From contig CAVOXI010000008.1 of NCBI GenBank assembly GCA_963700395.1, positions 100,626 through 124,625 of the forward strand: a stretch of DNA of 24,000 nucleotides, given 5' to 3'. Of the stretch, positions 10,533 through 20,280 are shown piece after piece (position 1 is the stretch's first letter; each line of letters starts with the position of its first letter). Both the position numbers and the translations under genes were made by a program. The stretch is from an uncultured Actinomycetes bacterium. Lineage in GTDB: Bacteria; Actinomycetota; Actinomycetes; S36-B12; CAIYMF01. The notes beneath the pieces are model-generated. The model did no database searches, was not told the DNA's origin, and was given only the letters and a program-made list of their open reading frames with translations.

Positions 10533-11879
10533 TCAGCTGGGCAGGTCCTCCAGCATCTCGGTGACCAGTGCCGCGATCGGCGAGCGCTCGCTGCGGGTCA
10601 GCGTGACGTGGGCGAACAGGGGGTGCCCCTTGAGCTTCTCGACGACGGCGACCACGCCGTCGTGGCGACCGACGCGCAGGTTGTCGCGCTGGGCCACGTC
10701 ATGGGTCAGCACGACCCGCGAGTCCTTGCCGATGCGTGACAGGACCGTGAGCAGGACGTTGCGCTCCAGCGACTGCGCCTCGTCGACGATGACGAAGGCA
10801 TCGTGCAGCGAACGACCACGGATGTGGGTCAACGGCAGGACCTCGAGCATCCCGCGGTCGAGGACCTCGTCGACGACCTCGGACGTGGTGATCGCCCCGA
10901 GGGTGTCGAAGACCGCCTGCCCCCAGGGCGACATCTTCTCGTGCTCGCTGCCCGGCAGGTAGCCGAGCTCCTGGCCGCCGACGGCGAACAACGGCCGGAA
11001 GACCACGACCTTGCGGTGCTGCTGGCGCTCCAGGACCGCCTCCAGACCGGCGCACAGGGCCAGGGCGCTCTTGCCGGTGCCGGCCCGCCCGCCGAGGCTG
11101 ATGATCCCGATGTCGGGGTCGAGCAGCATGTCCAGGGCGATGCGCTGCTCCGCGGACCTGCCATGCAGGCCGAACGCCTCACGGTCGCCGCGGACCAGGC
11201 GCAGCCGCTTGTCCGGGGTCACCCGGGCAAGGGCCGAGCCCCGCTCGGAGACCAGGACGACACCGGTGTTGCAGGGCAGGTCACGCGCGAGGTCGAGGTC
11301 GATCCGCTCGTTGTCGTACAGCTCGTTGACGACCGTGGACCCGACCTCGATCTCCTCGATGCCGGTCCAGCCCGTGCTCATCACCAGCTCGGCGCGGTAC
11401 TCCTCGGCCTGCAGCCCCAGCGTGGAGGCCTTCACGCGCAGGGGCAGGTCCTTGCTGACCACCACGACATCGCGGCCCTCGGCGGCGAGGTTGCGCGCGA
11501 CAGCCAGGATCCGGGTGTCGTTGTCGCCGAGCTGCATCCCCATGGGCAGGCGCGACAGGTCGGAGTGGTTGAGCTCCACCCGCAACGTGCCACCCTCGTC
11601 GTTGAGGGGGATGGGCTCATCGAGACGACCGAAGTCGATCCGGAAGTCGTCGAGCATGCGCAGGGCCTCGCGGGCGAAGTAGCCGAGCTCGGGATGGGTG
11701 CGCTTGGCCTCCAGCTCGATGATCACGACCAGCGGGATGACGACCTCGTGCTCGTCGAAGCGGAAGACCGCCCTGGGGTCGGACAGCAGGACGGAGGTGT
11801 CGAGCACGTAGCAGCGACTCGCCTCCGCTCGAGCTCTGCCGGATCGGGGCTTCGTCGCAGTCGGCACGCGCGCCTCCAC
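10533..11879 (-). CDS. phoH2: PhoH family ATPase with N-terminal PIN domain (PIN-PhoH / YlaK type)
   Basis: PIN: [34 protein letters not shown]...[15 protein letters not shown]. PhoH: [42 protein letters not shown]...[43 protein letters not shown]. Confidence 0.95.
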   Translation of the reverse strand: MEARVPTATKPRSGRARAEASRCYVLDTSVLLSDPRAVFRFDEHEVVIPLVVIIELEAKRTHPELGYFAREALRMLDDFRIDFGRLDEPIPLNDEGGTLRVELNHSDLSRLPMGMQLGDNDTRILAVARNLAAEGRDVVVVSKDLPLRVKASTLGLQAEEYRAELVMSTGWTGIEEIEVGSTVVNELYDNERIDLDLARDLPCNTGVVLVSERGSALARVTPDKRLRLVRGDREAFGLHGRSAEQRIALDMLLDPDIGIISLGGRAGTGKSALALCAGLEAVLERQQHRKVVVFRPLFAVGGQELGYLPGSEHEKMSPWGQAVFDTLGAITTSEVVDEVLDRGMLEVLPLTHIRGRSLHDAFVIVDEAQSLERNVLLTVLSRIGKDSRVVLTHDVAQRDNLRVGRHDGVVAVVEKLKGHPLFAHVTLTRSERSPIAALVTEMLEDLPS

Positions 11880-11987
11880 AGTCAGGTCGGGCGGCTCGGG
11901 GTGTGCCCGACTGCCACGAATCTAGGCCGCGAGCCTGCTCCGCCGGCGTCGCGACACGCCGCGCGCGGGGTGGTGATGGGCCACGCG

Positions 11988-12749
11988 TCAGGAGCCGTAG
12001 CGCCGCTCGCGGGCCGCGTAGTCGCGCAGGGCGCGCAGGAAGTCCACGCGCCTGAAGTCGGGCCAGTAGGCCTCGCAGAAGTAGAACTCGGAGTGGGCGC
12101 TCTGCCACAGCAGGAATCCCGAGAGCCGCTGCTCGCCGGAGGTCCGGATGACCAGGTCCGGGTCGGGCTGGCCCTTCGTGTAGAGGTGGGCCGCGATGTG
12201 CTCGACGTCCAGCGATGCGGCGAGCTCCTCCAGGGACGTCCCCGCGGCCGCCTCCTCCTGCAGCAGCGCGCGCACGGCGTCGACGAGCTCCTGCCGCCCG
12301 CCGTAGCCGACGGCGACGTTCACGGTCATCCCGTCGATGTCGCAGGACTTCAGCTCGGCAGTCTCGAGCACCTGCCGCGTCCGAGCCGGCAGCGGGTCCT
12401 TGGCACCCACGTGCCGGATGACCCACTTGCCCGACGCGGCCAGCTCCTCGATGGAGCCCTCGATGATCCGCAGCAGCGGGTCGAGCTCCTCCGTCGCGCG
12501 CGTCAGGTTGTCGGTGGACAGCAGCCACAGCGTCACGACCTCGACGCCGACCTCGTCACACCACTCGAGGAACTCCACGATGCGGGCGGCTCCGGCGCGG
12601 TGCCCGGCAGCACTGCTCGAACCCTGCTCGGTGGCCCAGCGCCGGTTCCCGTCGAGGATCACCCCCACATGCCGCGGGATGTCGCCCTGGTGGAGGTCGT
12701 TGGCCAGTCGACGTTCATAGAGACCGTAGACGAGGTCGTCCAGACCCAT
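11988..12749 (-). CDS. uppS: Isoprenyl (cis-prenyl) transferase, UppS family
   Basis: HVGVILDGNRRWA, GHRAGAARIVEFLEWCDEVGVEVVTLWLLSTDNL, DPDLVIRTSGEQRLSGFLLWQSAHSEFYFCEAYWPDFR; RBS AGGAGG-like before the ATG at 12749. Chain-length specificity cannot be assigned. Confidence 0.95.
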   Translation of the reverse strand: MGLDDLVYGLYERRLANDLHQGDIPRHVGVILDGNRRWATEQGSSSAAGHRAGAARIVEFLEWCDEVGVEVVTLWLLSTDNLTRATEELDPLLRIIEGSIEELAASGKWVIRHVGAKDPLPARTRQVLETAELKSCDIDGMTVNVAVGYGGRQELVDAVRALLQEEAAAGTSLEELAASLDVEHIAAHLYTKGQPDPDLVIRTSGEQRLSGFLLWQSAHSEFYFCEAYWPDFRRVDFLRALRDYAARERRYGS

Positions 12750-12786
12750 ACGTTCCTCCTGATGCGGACCTCATGCCCGATGGAGG

Positions 12787-13473
12787 CTATCGCACCGCCG
12801 TCATGACCAGTGTCGCCGCGACGAAGTGCGCGGTCCATCCCCCGAGCGTGAATGAGTGGAACACCTCATGGAAGCCGAACCACTTCGGTGACGGGTTCGG
12901 CCACTGGGTGGCGAACACCCCGGCGCCCAGCGTGTAGAAGATCCCTCCGAGGAGGATCAGGCCCAGGACCCAGGCGTGGCGGGCGTCGGACAGGATGTCC
13001 GAGCGCAGGAAGCTGGGAAGGAACATCGCCGACGCCCAGCCCAGCGCCAGGTACATCGGCACGAACAGCCACCGTGGGGCCCTGACCCACGCCAGTCGGA
13101 CGACCGCCCCACCGACCGCGCCGAGCCAGAGGACAGCCAGCAGCGATCGTGCGGGCCCGGGGCCGAGCAGGGCCACAGCGAACGGTGTGGCGCTGCCGGC
13201 GATGACCAGGAAGATGTTCGCGTGGTCCCATCGCTGCAGGAGGTTGGTCACCCGGGGGGAGAACCGGCCACGGTGGTACACGGCCGACACGGAGAAGAGC
13301 AGGATCGTGGTGAGTGCGAACAGGACCGTGGGGATGCGCAACTCCGAGGGCGCGAGGATGGCCAACAGCACCGCAGCCGTTCCGGCGATGGGGGCAGCCA
13401 CCATGTGCAGCCATCCGCGCAGGACCGGCTTGACGGACAGGTAGTGCTCCCGCAGGGAATCAGCGGGCGTCAT
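12787..13473 (-). CDS. Hemolysin III / PAQR family membrane protein
   Basis: FSVSAVYHRGRFSPRVTNLLQRWDHANIFLVIAGSATPFAV...GVFATQWPNPSPKWFGFHEVFHSFTLGGWTAHFVA: conserved His motifs and seven hydrophobic segments. Confidence 0.93.
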   Translation of the reverse strand: MTPADSLREHYLSVKPVLRGWLHMVAAPIAGTAAVLLAILAPSELRIPTVLFALTTILLFSVSAVYHRGRFSPRVTNLLQRWDHANIFLVIAGSATPFAVALLGPGPARSLLAVLWLGAVGGAVVRLAWVRAPRWLFVPMYLALGWASAMFLPSFLRSDILSDARHAWVLGLILLGGIFYTLGAGVFATQWPNPSPKWFGFHEVFHSFTLGGWTAHFVAATLVMTAVR

Positions 13474-13517
13474 GCATGAAGTAGATCAGTGGGCGCCGTG
13501 ATCAGCAAGGCGCTCCG

Positions 13518-14318
13518 TCACGCCAGGTCGACGATCACCGGGGCGTGATCGCTCGGTGCGGGAGTGCCCTTGATCCCGGGCTTGCGTGCATCCCGGTCCA
13601 CGACCGCCGAGGTGACGGCAGCGGCGAACGCCGCGTTCGCCAGGACCAGGTCGATCCGCATCCCCATGGCCTTGTGGAACGACCCGGCCCGGTAGTCCCA
13701 GAACGTGTAGGGATGTGGCCCCTTGCTGATGGTGGGCATGACGTCTGTGAGGCTCAGGGCCAGGAGGTCGGCCAGGGCAGCCCGCTCGGGCGCCGACACG
13801 TGGGTGCTCTGGGCGAACGCCGCGATGTCCCAGACGTCGTCGTCTGCCGGGGCGATGTTGAAGTCCCCGAGGACGGCGAATGGTGCCGCCGCAGCCGCGA
13901 CCGGGCCCAGGTGCCCGGCAAGGGCCGCCAGCCACGACAGCTTGTACGAGTAATGGGGGTCGTCGGGGGTGCGCCCGTTCGGCACGTACACCCCCGCGAC
14001 GCGGACCCCGCCACAGGTCGCGGCGATGTAGCGCGCCTCCGGGGCGTCGGTTGGGTCGGGGAATCCGGGCACCCCGGGGATGTCGGTCTCCAGGTCGGAG
14101 ATGCCGACCCGCGAGAGCAGCGCCACCCCGTTCCAGCGCCCCTGGCCCCTGTGCACCGACTCGTAGCCGGCGTCCGCGATCTCCGAGGTGGGGAACGCCT
14201 CCTGGGCGATCTTGGTCTCCTGGAGCACGACCACGTCAGGCTCGGTCGCCTCCAGCCACGACAGCAGCCGTGGGAGCCGCGCGGGAAGGGAGTTCACGTT
14301 CCAGGTGGCGATGCGCAC
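13518..14318 (-). CDS. xth: Exodeoxyribonuclease III (XthA/ExoIII family)
   Basis: From GTG at 14318: MRIATWNVNSLPARLPRLLSWLEATEPDVVVLQETKIAQEAFP...GVYVPNGR...FAVLGDFNIAPADDDV...YTFWDYRAGSFHKAMGMRIDLVLAN...PSDHAPVIVDLA. Confidence 0.95.
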   Translation of the reverse strand: MRIATWNVNSLPARLPRLLSWLEATEPDVVVLQETKIAQEAFPTSEIADAGYESVHRGQGRWNGVALLSRVGISDLETDIPGVPGFPDPTDAPEARYIAATCGGVRVAGVYVPNGRTPDDPHYSYKLSWLAALAGHLGPVAAAAAPFAVLGDFNIAPADDDVWDIAAFAQSTHVSAPERAALADLLALSLTDVMPTISKGPHPYTFWDYRAGSFHKAMGMRIDLVLANAAFAAAVTSAVVDRDARKPGIKGTPAPSDHAPVIVDLA

Positions 14319-14491
14319 GCCGTGATTCTGGCACCTGGTCGGCTCCGCGGGGACCGCGCGGGCCAGCGATCCCGCGGGCATCGACACACGGTGACTCGCG
14401 GTCACTTTGCGTCCTCATCGAGCCGGACGAAATCACCGCGAAACGCCGGGGCAATGCCGTCGTGGCCCCACGCGAATGGCAGGATCCCCCC

Positions 14492-15866
14492 ATGTCCGTG
14501 ACCGCCGCCCTCGGGGACGTGCGCCGGATCGCGCATGGGCCGACGCGGACGCTGTTCATCGGGCTGCTCGTGAAGTCCGTCGGGAGCGGCCTGACGCTCT
14601 CGCCTGCTCATCGTGTACCTCGTGAGGGTTCGCGACCTCCCGCGTCATGGTCGCCACCGGGCTGCTCGCGTGGCAGGCGCTGCTCGACCCTCGCGGTGTC
14701 GCCCATCGTCGGCACGCTGGTCGACCGGCGCGGACCACGACCTGTCCTGCTCGTGGCGCTGCTGATCGAGGCCGTCAGCCTGATCACGTTCGGGCAGGTG
14801 ACGACCTGGCAGCAGGCCTTCGTCGTGATGTCCGCGGTGGCGGTGGGTGGGGCCGGGATCTGGGGCCCCACCGATGCGCTCCTGGCCCGCCTCGTGCCCT
14901 CGCAGGACCGGTCCACGGCCTTCGGCTTCCAGTTCATGCTGCTGAACATCGGCCTCGGCCTCGGGGGACTGATCAGCGCGACGATCGTCGACGACGACGC
15001 GGCCGGTCACCTTCGAGTGGCTGTACACCCTGACCGGGCTGTCGTTCCTCGCCTTGTTCGTCGCCGTCCTGGTCATGGGCGACGTCGGCGGGCCGCCCGC
15101 CGCCGAGCCCCCTGCGCACGCCGAGCCCGACGAGGGCGCAGCCGGACCACCGGGCGCGCGGCCCGAGGAGTCCGACGGCTGGGCCGCCGTCCTGCGCGAC
15201 CGGAACCTGCTGCGCTACGGGGCTGTCGGGCTGCTGCTGCTCACCTTCGGGTACGGCTGCGTGGAGTCCGGCGTCGGGCTGTTCATCACGGACTTCGTGG
15301 GCCTGCCCAACGAGCCGCATCGGCCTCGTCTTCGCCGCGAACACGGCCGTCATCGTCGTCATGCAGCTGTTCATGATCTCGTTCGTGAACGGTCGCTCGC
15401 GGGCCCAGATGCTGGCCGGCGTGGGCTTGCTGTGGGCCCTGACCTGGGCCCTCTTCAGCTCCGCGCTGACAGCTCAGCGGCTGGGCTGCGGTCGGGGTCC
15501 TCATCCTGGCCATGTCGATCTTCGCCGTCGGCGAGACCCTGTGGTCACCGGTCGCGCCCGGCCCTGTCTCAACGAGTTGGCTCCCGAGCACCTGCGCGGC
15601 CGGTACAACGCCTTCCAGTCACTGCTGTGGGGGGTCTCCGGGGCGCTCGGCCCGCTGGTCACCGGTGCGTTCCTGTCCGCCGACCTCGGCGGGGCCTGGG
15701 CCGCTGACCCTGGCCATCGGATGCCTGGTCGCCGCGTTCGTCGCCCTGCGGATGCGCGCCCACCTGACGCCGGGGCAGGACGGGCATGGGGGCTCAGGAG
15801 GGATCGACCCCGACGGCGACCCCGACCCCGGGCCGGGACCCGTCGTACTCGATGGACGCCCGCTGA
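14492..15866 (+). pseudogene. MFS transporter interrupted by about nine apparent +1 frameshifts (probable sequence errors)
   Basis: MFS-like fragments alternate across the three + frames: MSVTAALGDVRRIAHGPTRTLFIGLLVKSVGSGL / LLIVYLVRVRDLP / VMVATGLLAWQALL / TLAVSPIVGTLVDRRGPRPVLLVALLIEAVS...ISATIV / VTFEWLYTLTGLSFLALFVAVLVMG...DGWAAVLRDRNLLRYGAVGLLLLTFGYG / RIGLVFAANTAVIVVMQLFMISFVNGRSRAQMLAG / VGVLILAMSIFAVGETLWSPVAPG / LNELAPEHLRGRYNAFQSLLWGVSGALGPLVTGAFLSADLGG / LTLAIGCLVAAFVALRM. Confidence 0.85.
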
Positions 15867-15906
15867 GCCGGGCCCGGGCACTCGCCGAGCGCAGCCCGGC
15901 GCCGGC

Positions 15907-16620
15907 TCAGGCCTCGGGGAGCTGCGGGCGGTCGGTTCCGCCCACCGACCTGCCGGCGCGGCTTGCGCTTGACCTCGACCCCACCGAACAGGGCCGCGCC
16001 CTTGATCCGCAGCACCGGGGCACCGGGCAGGCCCGGCCCCTCCGCCGGTCTGGTCGAAGCCACCGAAGATGCCCATCCCGTCGACGTGGACGGTGAGCCC
16101 CTCCGGCACGGTGATCTCGATGCCGCCCATCACGGCCACGGCGATGATCTCGGACTCGGCCTGGGCGAACGTGGAGCGGGTGAGGTCCAGCTCGATCCCC
16201 CCGAACATCGCGAAGGCGGTCAGCTGGGCCGGCATGACCCACTCACCCTTGCGGGTTGCACCGCCGAAGATCGCGACCACCGACGACGAGGACGAGTCGG
16301 CGCCCGCAGGCGGGTGCCAGCCCGACGACGGCGCCGGGGAGGACTGGGGCGGGACGGCGAGGGCCATCCCGGTCAACGGGGCCAAGGCGGCTGCGACGGT
16401 GGACGGGGGAAGCCCGTCGAGCACGGGGACGAGGTCGGCCGCCGTGCGAGCGCCCGAGGGCTGCGGACAGCCGGTCCTCGTACTCGTCGCGGGTCAACCG
16501 GCCCTCGGCATAGGCGTCGCCGATGACGTCGGCCATCCGGGCGCGGTCGGCGTCGGAGACCAGGACGCGGCCCGCCACCCCGAGCGGGCCGTCCGCAGGG
16601 TCGGGAGGGATCGGGGACAT
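15907..16620 (-). CDS. DUF1707 domain protein with LiaF-like C-terminal region; three apparent +1 frameshifts
   Basis: VLVSDADRARMADVIGDAYAEGRLTRDEYEDRLSAAL / RTAADLVPVLDGLPPS...VVAIFGGATRKGEWVMPAQLTAFAMFGGIELDLTRSTFAQAESEIIAVAVMGGIEITVPEGLTVHVDGMGIFGGFDQT / APVLRIKGAALFGGVEVKRKP / VGGTDRPQLPEA*. Confidence 0.85.
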
Positions 16621-16622
16621 GC

Positions 16623-16976
16623 TCACGGCGCCGGCACCTCGGCCTGCAGCTGGTGGGTGATCCGGCGCTCGAACACGAAGGACATGAACGGGATCGTGCC
16701 GGCCAGGGCCACGAGCACGGTGCGCCCGGGGGTCCAGCGCGCGCGGATGGCCACATCGAGCACCGTCACGAGGTAGACCATGTACAGGAATCCGTGCAGC
16801 TGCCACCCGATCGCGTACCAGAGCGAGTCCTCGTGGCCGAGGAGGTACTTCCAGGGCAGCCCGACCACGGTCATGAACGCCAGCACGGTGCCGGTGACCC
16901 AGGCCATGACCTGGAACCGCTTGTACGCGCCCGACCGCAGGATCGTCGCGGGTGCGGGGGCGGCGTGCGTGCTCAT
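16623..16976 (-). CDS. DUF3817 domain membrane protein
   Basis: MSTHAAPAPATILRSGAYKRFQVMAWVTGTVLAFMTVVGLPWKYLLGHEDSLWYAIGWQLHGFLYMVYLVTVLDVAIRARWTPGRTVLVALAGTIPFMSFVFERRITHQ. ATG overlaps the SURF1 stop (ATGA). Confidence 0.88.
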   Translation of the reverse strand: MSTHAAPAPATILRSGAYKRFQVMAWVTGTVLAFMTVVGLPWKYLLGHEDSLWYAIGWQLHGFLYMVYLVTVLDVAIRARWTPGRTVLVALAGTIPFMSFVFERRITHQLQAEVPAP

Positions 16977-17737
16977 CGGGGGATCTCCTGCTCGACGGGT
17001 CGGGCCTGGTGGTCGCGCCGGAAGCGGTTCCAGAAGAAGACCACGAACCCGGCGAACGCGACCCACTGGATCGCGTAGGCCGCATTGCGCCAGTTCAGGC
17101 CCACCTCGGCTCCGGGCAATTCTGTCACCTGCAACGGGGCCGGCTGGCCCACGCCTGCCGGCTGCAGCTCGCTCAGCGCGTACCACCCCGAGCGCACGGC
17201 GTAGCCCGCATGGGCCGACAGGGCGCCTGTGTCGACCGTGGTCAGCGTCGGGGGGTCCCCGGGGCTGACGGCGGCATCCGGCTTCCGGGAGTCGGCCACC
17301 AGGACGCCGACGACCTCGACGGTCCCCTGTGGCGGTGGCACCGGGCGCTGACCGGCAGGCACCCAGCCGCGCACGACGGCGACCGCGGTGTCCGCCGGGT
17401 TCGCGCCGACCGTGCCGCCCGCCCCGTCCGCCGGCGCCGGCTGCATCGGGGTGAGCACCCATGCTCCCTGTTGCCCGTCGCGCTTCCGTGGCTCGACGAG
17501 CACCTCGTTCTCCGCGTCGAACTGGCCCGTGATGCCCACCCGCATGCCGCTGAAGGCCGTGGCCGGGTCGAGGTCGGCCAGCGCCACCACGGGCCCCTCG
17601 GGGACGGCGTCAGCCTCGGAGCGGTTCGCGCGGTCCCACTGCCAGCGGGCGGCTACGACGCACACCAGCACGGCCAGGACGGTCAGGACGTGGAAGCCCC
17701 ATCGTCGTGGATCGGACCAGGATCGACCCGAGGACAT
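16973..17737 (-). CDS. SURF1 family protein (cytochrome oxidase assembly type)
   Basis: RRWGFHVLTVLAVLVCVVAARWQWDRANR...RVGITGQFDAENEVLVEPRKRDGQQGAWVLTPM...VAVVRGWVPAG...GLNWRNAAYAIQWVAFAGFVVFFWNRFRRD. Confidence 0.88.
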   Translation of the reverse strand: MSSGRSWSDPRRWGFHVLTVLAVLVCVVAARWQWDRANRSEADAVPEGPVVALADLDPATAFSGMRVGITGQFDAENEVLVEPRKRDGQQGAWVLTPMQPAPADGAGGTVGANPADTAVAVVRGWVPAGQRPVPPPQGTVEVVGVLVADSRKPDAAVSPGDPPTLTTVDTGALSAHAGYAVRSGWYALSELQPAGVGQPAPLQVTELPGAEVGLNWRNAAYAIQWVAFAGFVVFFWNRFRRDHQARPVEQEIPR

Positions 17738-17738
17738 C

Positions 17739-17963
17739 AGCGAGCGTCGCCCCCGCCCCTGCCGGGATCGCGCGGCGCCCTGCCTGCGGTGGGTTCGCAG
17801 GGCCGAGGTTGGCCTGTGCACGGCGCAGGTGACGCACGAACGACCAGAGCAGGAGGAGCGTGGCGGCCAGGAGGAACACGAAGAGGACGGCGGCCAGCGG
17901 ACTGGGCCGGACCGTCGGGCCATCCTCCGCGGCCGCGACCAACGCAGCAAGGACACCGTGCAT
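17739..17963 (-). CDS. Small membrane protein of unknown function (3' boundary uncertain)
   Basis: MHGVLAALVAAAEDGPTVRPSPLAAVLFVFLLAATLLLLWSFVRHLRRAQANLGP: one strong TM helix. The open frame continues to 17610 over the SURF1 5' end, so the true stop is unclear. Confidence 0.5.
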
Positions 17964-18015
17964 GGCAACCTCCCAGGACCGCGGATGTGCGGAGCGGTAC
18001 TAGTGTCGCAGCATC

Positions 18016-18511
18016 ATGTCGCCCACACGAACGGCCGGTCAGCCCCTCGCAGTGGCCCCCGCACATCCGGGAGCGCTACGGGGTCACCGACCGCCCTGGC
18101 TGGGTGCCCGGCGCCCTGATCGGCCTCGGCCTGGCCTTCTTCGCCCTGATCATGTTCCTCGGGCTGCGGCTGTCGAACCCGGCGATCGACGCGGGGGTCC
18201 TGTCGTACGCGACGGTGTCCGACGAGCAGATGACGATCGGCTACGAGGTCCAGCGCCGCGACACCGCCCCGGCCACGTGCGTCCTGCGGGCACGTGCCAA
18301 GGACGGCTTCGACGTGGGCTACGCCATCGTCGAGCTCCCGCCGGCGCAGGGACGGACCAACCACACGTTCGAGATGCGCACCGCCTACCGGGCGTTCGTC
18401 GGTGAGCTCGTCGGGTGCGGCCTGGACGCCCCGCCCCCGGATATCCCCGGTGCGCAGTTCCGGCCGGGTGTGGTGGCGCCGGTCCAGCCGTGGACCGCTG
18501 CTGGATCCTGA
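18016..18511 (+). CDS. DUF4307 family protein with one +1 frameshift near the N-terminus
   Basis: Start MSPTRTAGQP shifts to SQWPPHIRERYGVTDRPGWVPGALIGLGLAFFALIMFLGLRLSNPAIDAGVLSYATVSDEQMTIGYEVQRRDTAPATCVLRARAKDGFDVGYAIVELPP; lies directly upstream of greA. Confidence 0.8.
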
Positions 18512-18568
18512 TCCCCGTAGCCCGGTGCTACCCTCGATGACTCACTGATCCCTGCCCAGGAGCCTCAC

Positions 18569-19063
18569 GTGTCCGAGAGCCCCCCGACCACCTGGTTGAC
18601 CCAGGAGGCCCACGACCGACTCGCCGCCGAGCTCGAGGAGCGCCAGACCGCGCGCCGCACCGAGATCACCAAGCGGATCGCCGCCGCGCGCGAGGAGGGC
18701 GACCTCAAGGAGAACGGCGGCTACCACGCCGCCAAGGACGAGCAGGGCAAGAACGAGGCCCGGATCCGCCAGCTGCGCCAGATGCTCGACAACGCCCAGA
18801 TCGGCTCCCCGCCGTCGGAGGAGGGCCAGGCCGCGCACGGGATGGTCGTCAGCGTCGAGCTGGTCGCCAGCGGGCGCACGATGACCTTCCTCCTGGGGTC
18901 CCGTGAGGAGGCAGCGCACGCCAGCGTCGATGTCATCTCCCCGTCGTCGCCGATGGGCTCTGCCGTGGACGGCGCGAGGGTCGGTGACGAGGTCACCTAC
19001 ACGACGCCCGCGGGCAAGGAGCTGACTGCCCGGATCACCAGCGTGGACCCGTACACCGGCTGA
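18569..19063 (+). CDS. greA: Transcription elongation factor GreA
   Basis: From GTG: WLTQEAHDRLAAELEERQTARRTEITKRIAAAREEGDLKENGGYHAAKDEQGKNEARIRQLRQMLDNAQI...DVISPSSPMGSAVDGARVGDEVTYTTPAGKELTARI. Confidence 0.96.
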   Translation: MSESPPTTWLTQEAHDRLAAELEERQTARRTEITKRIAAAREEGDLKENGGYHAAKDEQGKNEARIRQLRQMLDNAQIGSPPSEEGQAAHGMVVSVELVASGRTMTFLLGSREEAAHASVDVISPSSPMGSAVDGARVGDEVTYTTPAGKELTARITSVDPYTG

Positions 19064-19064
19064 G

Positions 19065-20274
19065 CTATCCCTCCAGGCGGACCCGGAACCCGCTGGCCTG
19101 GAGTGCGGCGGCCACCTGCTCGCAGTGCTCGGCGACCGCGGGTCTCCAGGTGCAGCGAGACGTCGACCTCGCCGACGGAGAGCCCGGCTGTCGTGCGCAG
19201 GTGCTCCACCGAGATGACGTTCGCCGCGAGGGCAGCCACCTCGGCCAGCAGCGGGGCCAAGCCACCGGGACGATCGGAGATGCGCACCCGCAGCTGGAGG
19301 TAGCGCCCTGCCGCGACGAGGCCGTGCTCCAGCACCCGCGCCAGCAGCAACGGGTCGACGTTGCCCCCGGACAGGACGACGACGACGGGCGGCTCGATCC
19401 CCGTGGCGTCCTCGAGCAGGGCTGCCACCCCGGCCGCCCCGGCGGGCTCCACGAGCATCTTCGAGCGTTCGAGCACGAGCAGCAGCCCGCGGGAGAGCGA
19501 GTCCTCCGACACCGTGCGGATCTCCACGTGCCGTTCGGCGATGATCCCCAGGGGGACGACGCCGGGGCGCCCGACGGCGATCCCGTCGGCCATCGTGCTC
19601 ATCCGCTGGAGCGCGACCGGATGGCCGGCGGCGAGGGACGCCGGGTACGCCGCCGCCTGGGCTGCCTGCACCCCGATGACCCGTACGTGCGGGGCCAGCT
19701 CGCCCATCACGGTGGCGATGCCGGCCACGAGCCCGCCACCTCCGGTGCACACCAGCACGGTGCGCACGTCGGGGACCTGGTCGAGGATCTCCAGCCCGAT
19801 CGTCCCCTGGCCCACGACGATGTCCTCGTGGTCGAAGGGGTGGATCAGGACCGCGCCCGTGCGCTCGGAGAACTCCGTCGCAGCCACGAGCGCATCGTCG
19901 ATGGTGGAACCCACGGTGACGATCTCCGCCCCGTAGGCGCGGGTGGCGGCCAGCTTGGGAAGCGGCGCCCCGACCGGCATGAACACGGTCGTTCGGATGC
20001 CCAGCCCGCGGGCGGCCTTGGCCACGCCCTGCGCGTGGTTGCCGGCACTGGCTGCCACGACGCCGAGCGCTCGCTGGTCAGGGGTGAGCCGAGAGAGCCG
20101 GACGTGCGCGCCACGCACCTTGAACGACCCGGCCACCTGCAGGTTCTCGCACTTGAGCCACACCGGTCCACCGACGCGACCTGCGAGGTAGGTCGCAGGT
20201 GCGACCGGGGTCACGCGGGCGACCCCGACCAGCAGGTCTCGGGCCTCTCGGATGGCCTGAACTGTCACGGGCAT
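19065..20274 (-). CDS. ilvA: Threonine ammonia-lyase with C-terminal ACT-like region; one +1 frameshift near the C-terminus
   Basis: PVWLKCENLQVAGSFKVRGAHVRLSRL, VVAASAGNHAQGVAKAARGLG, VLVCTGGGGLVAGIATVMGEL, VVVLSGGNVDP. Frame correction near 19135 gives LETRGREHCEQVAAALQASGFRVRLEG* ending at 19065. Confidence 0.92.
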
Positions 20275-20280
20275 GGGTTC

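Noticed and set aside
10803-12806. 667-aa plus-strand ORF
   Set aside because: Fully antisense to phoH and uppS, which have unambiguous family motifs; composition is typical of a GC-rich antisense frame.
13880-15376. 498-aa plus-strand ORF as one protein
   Set aside because: The first ~200 codons are antisense to xth and intergenic sequence; the rest contains only some segments of the frameshifted MFS gene.
14590-15870. Programmed ribosomal frameshifting system in the MFS gene
   Set aside because: Too many sites, no common slippery heptamer, no in-frame stop at the shift sites, and similar +1 events in unrelated neighbouring genes; sequence error is far more likely.
16952-18511. 519-aa plus-strand ORF
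   Set aside because: Antisense to SURF1 over most of its length; only the last ~150 codons correspond to the DUF4307 protein.
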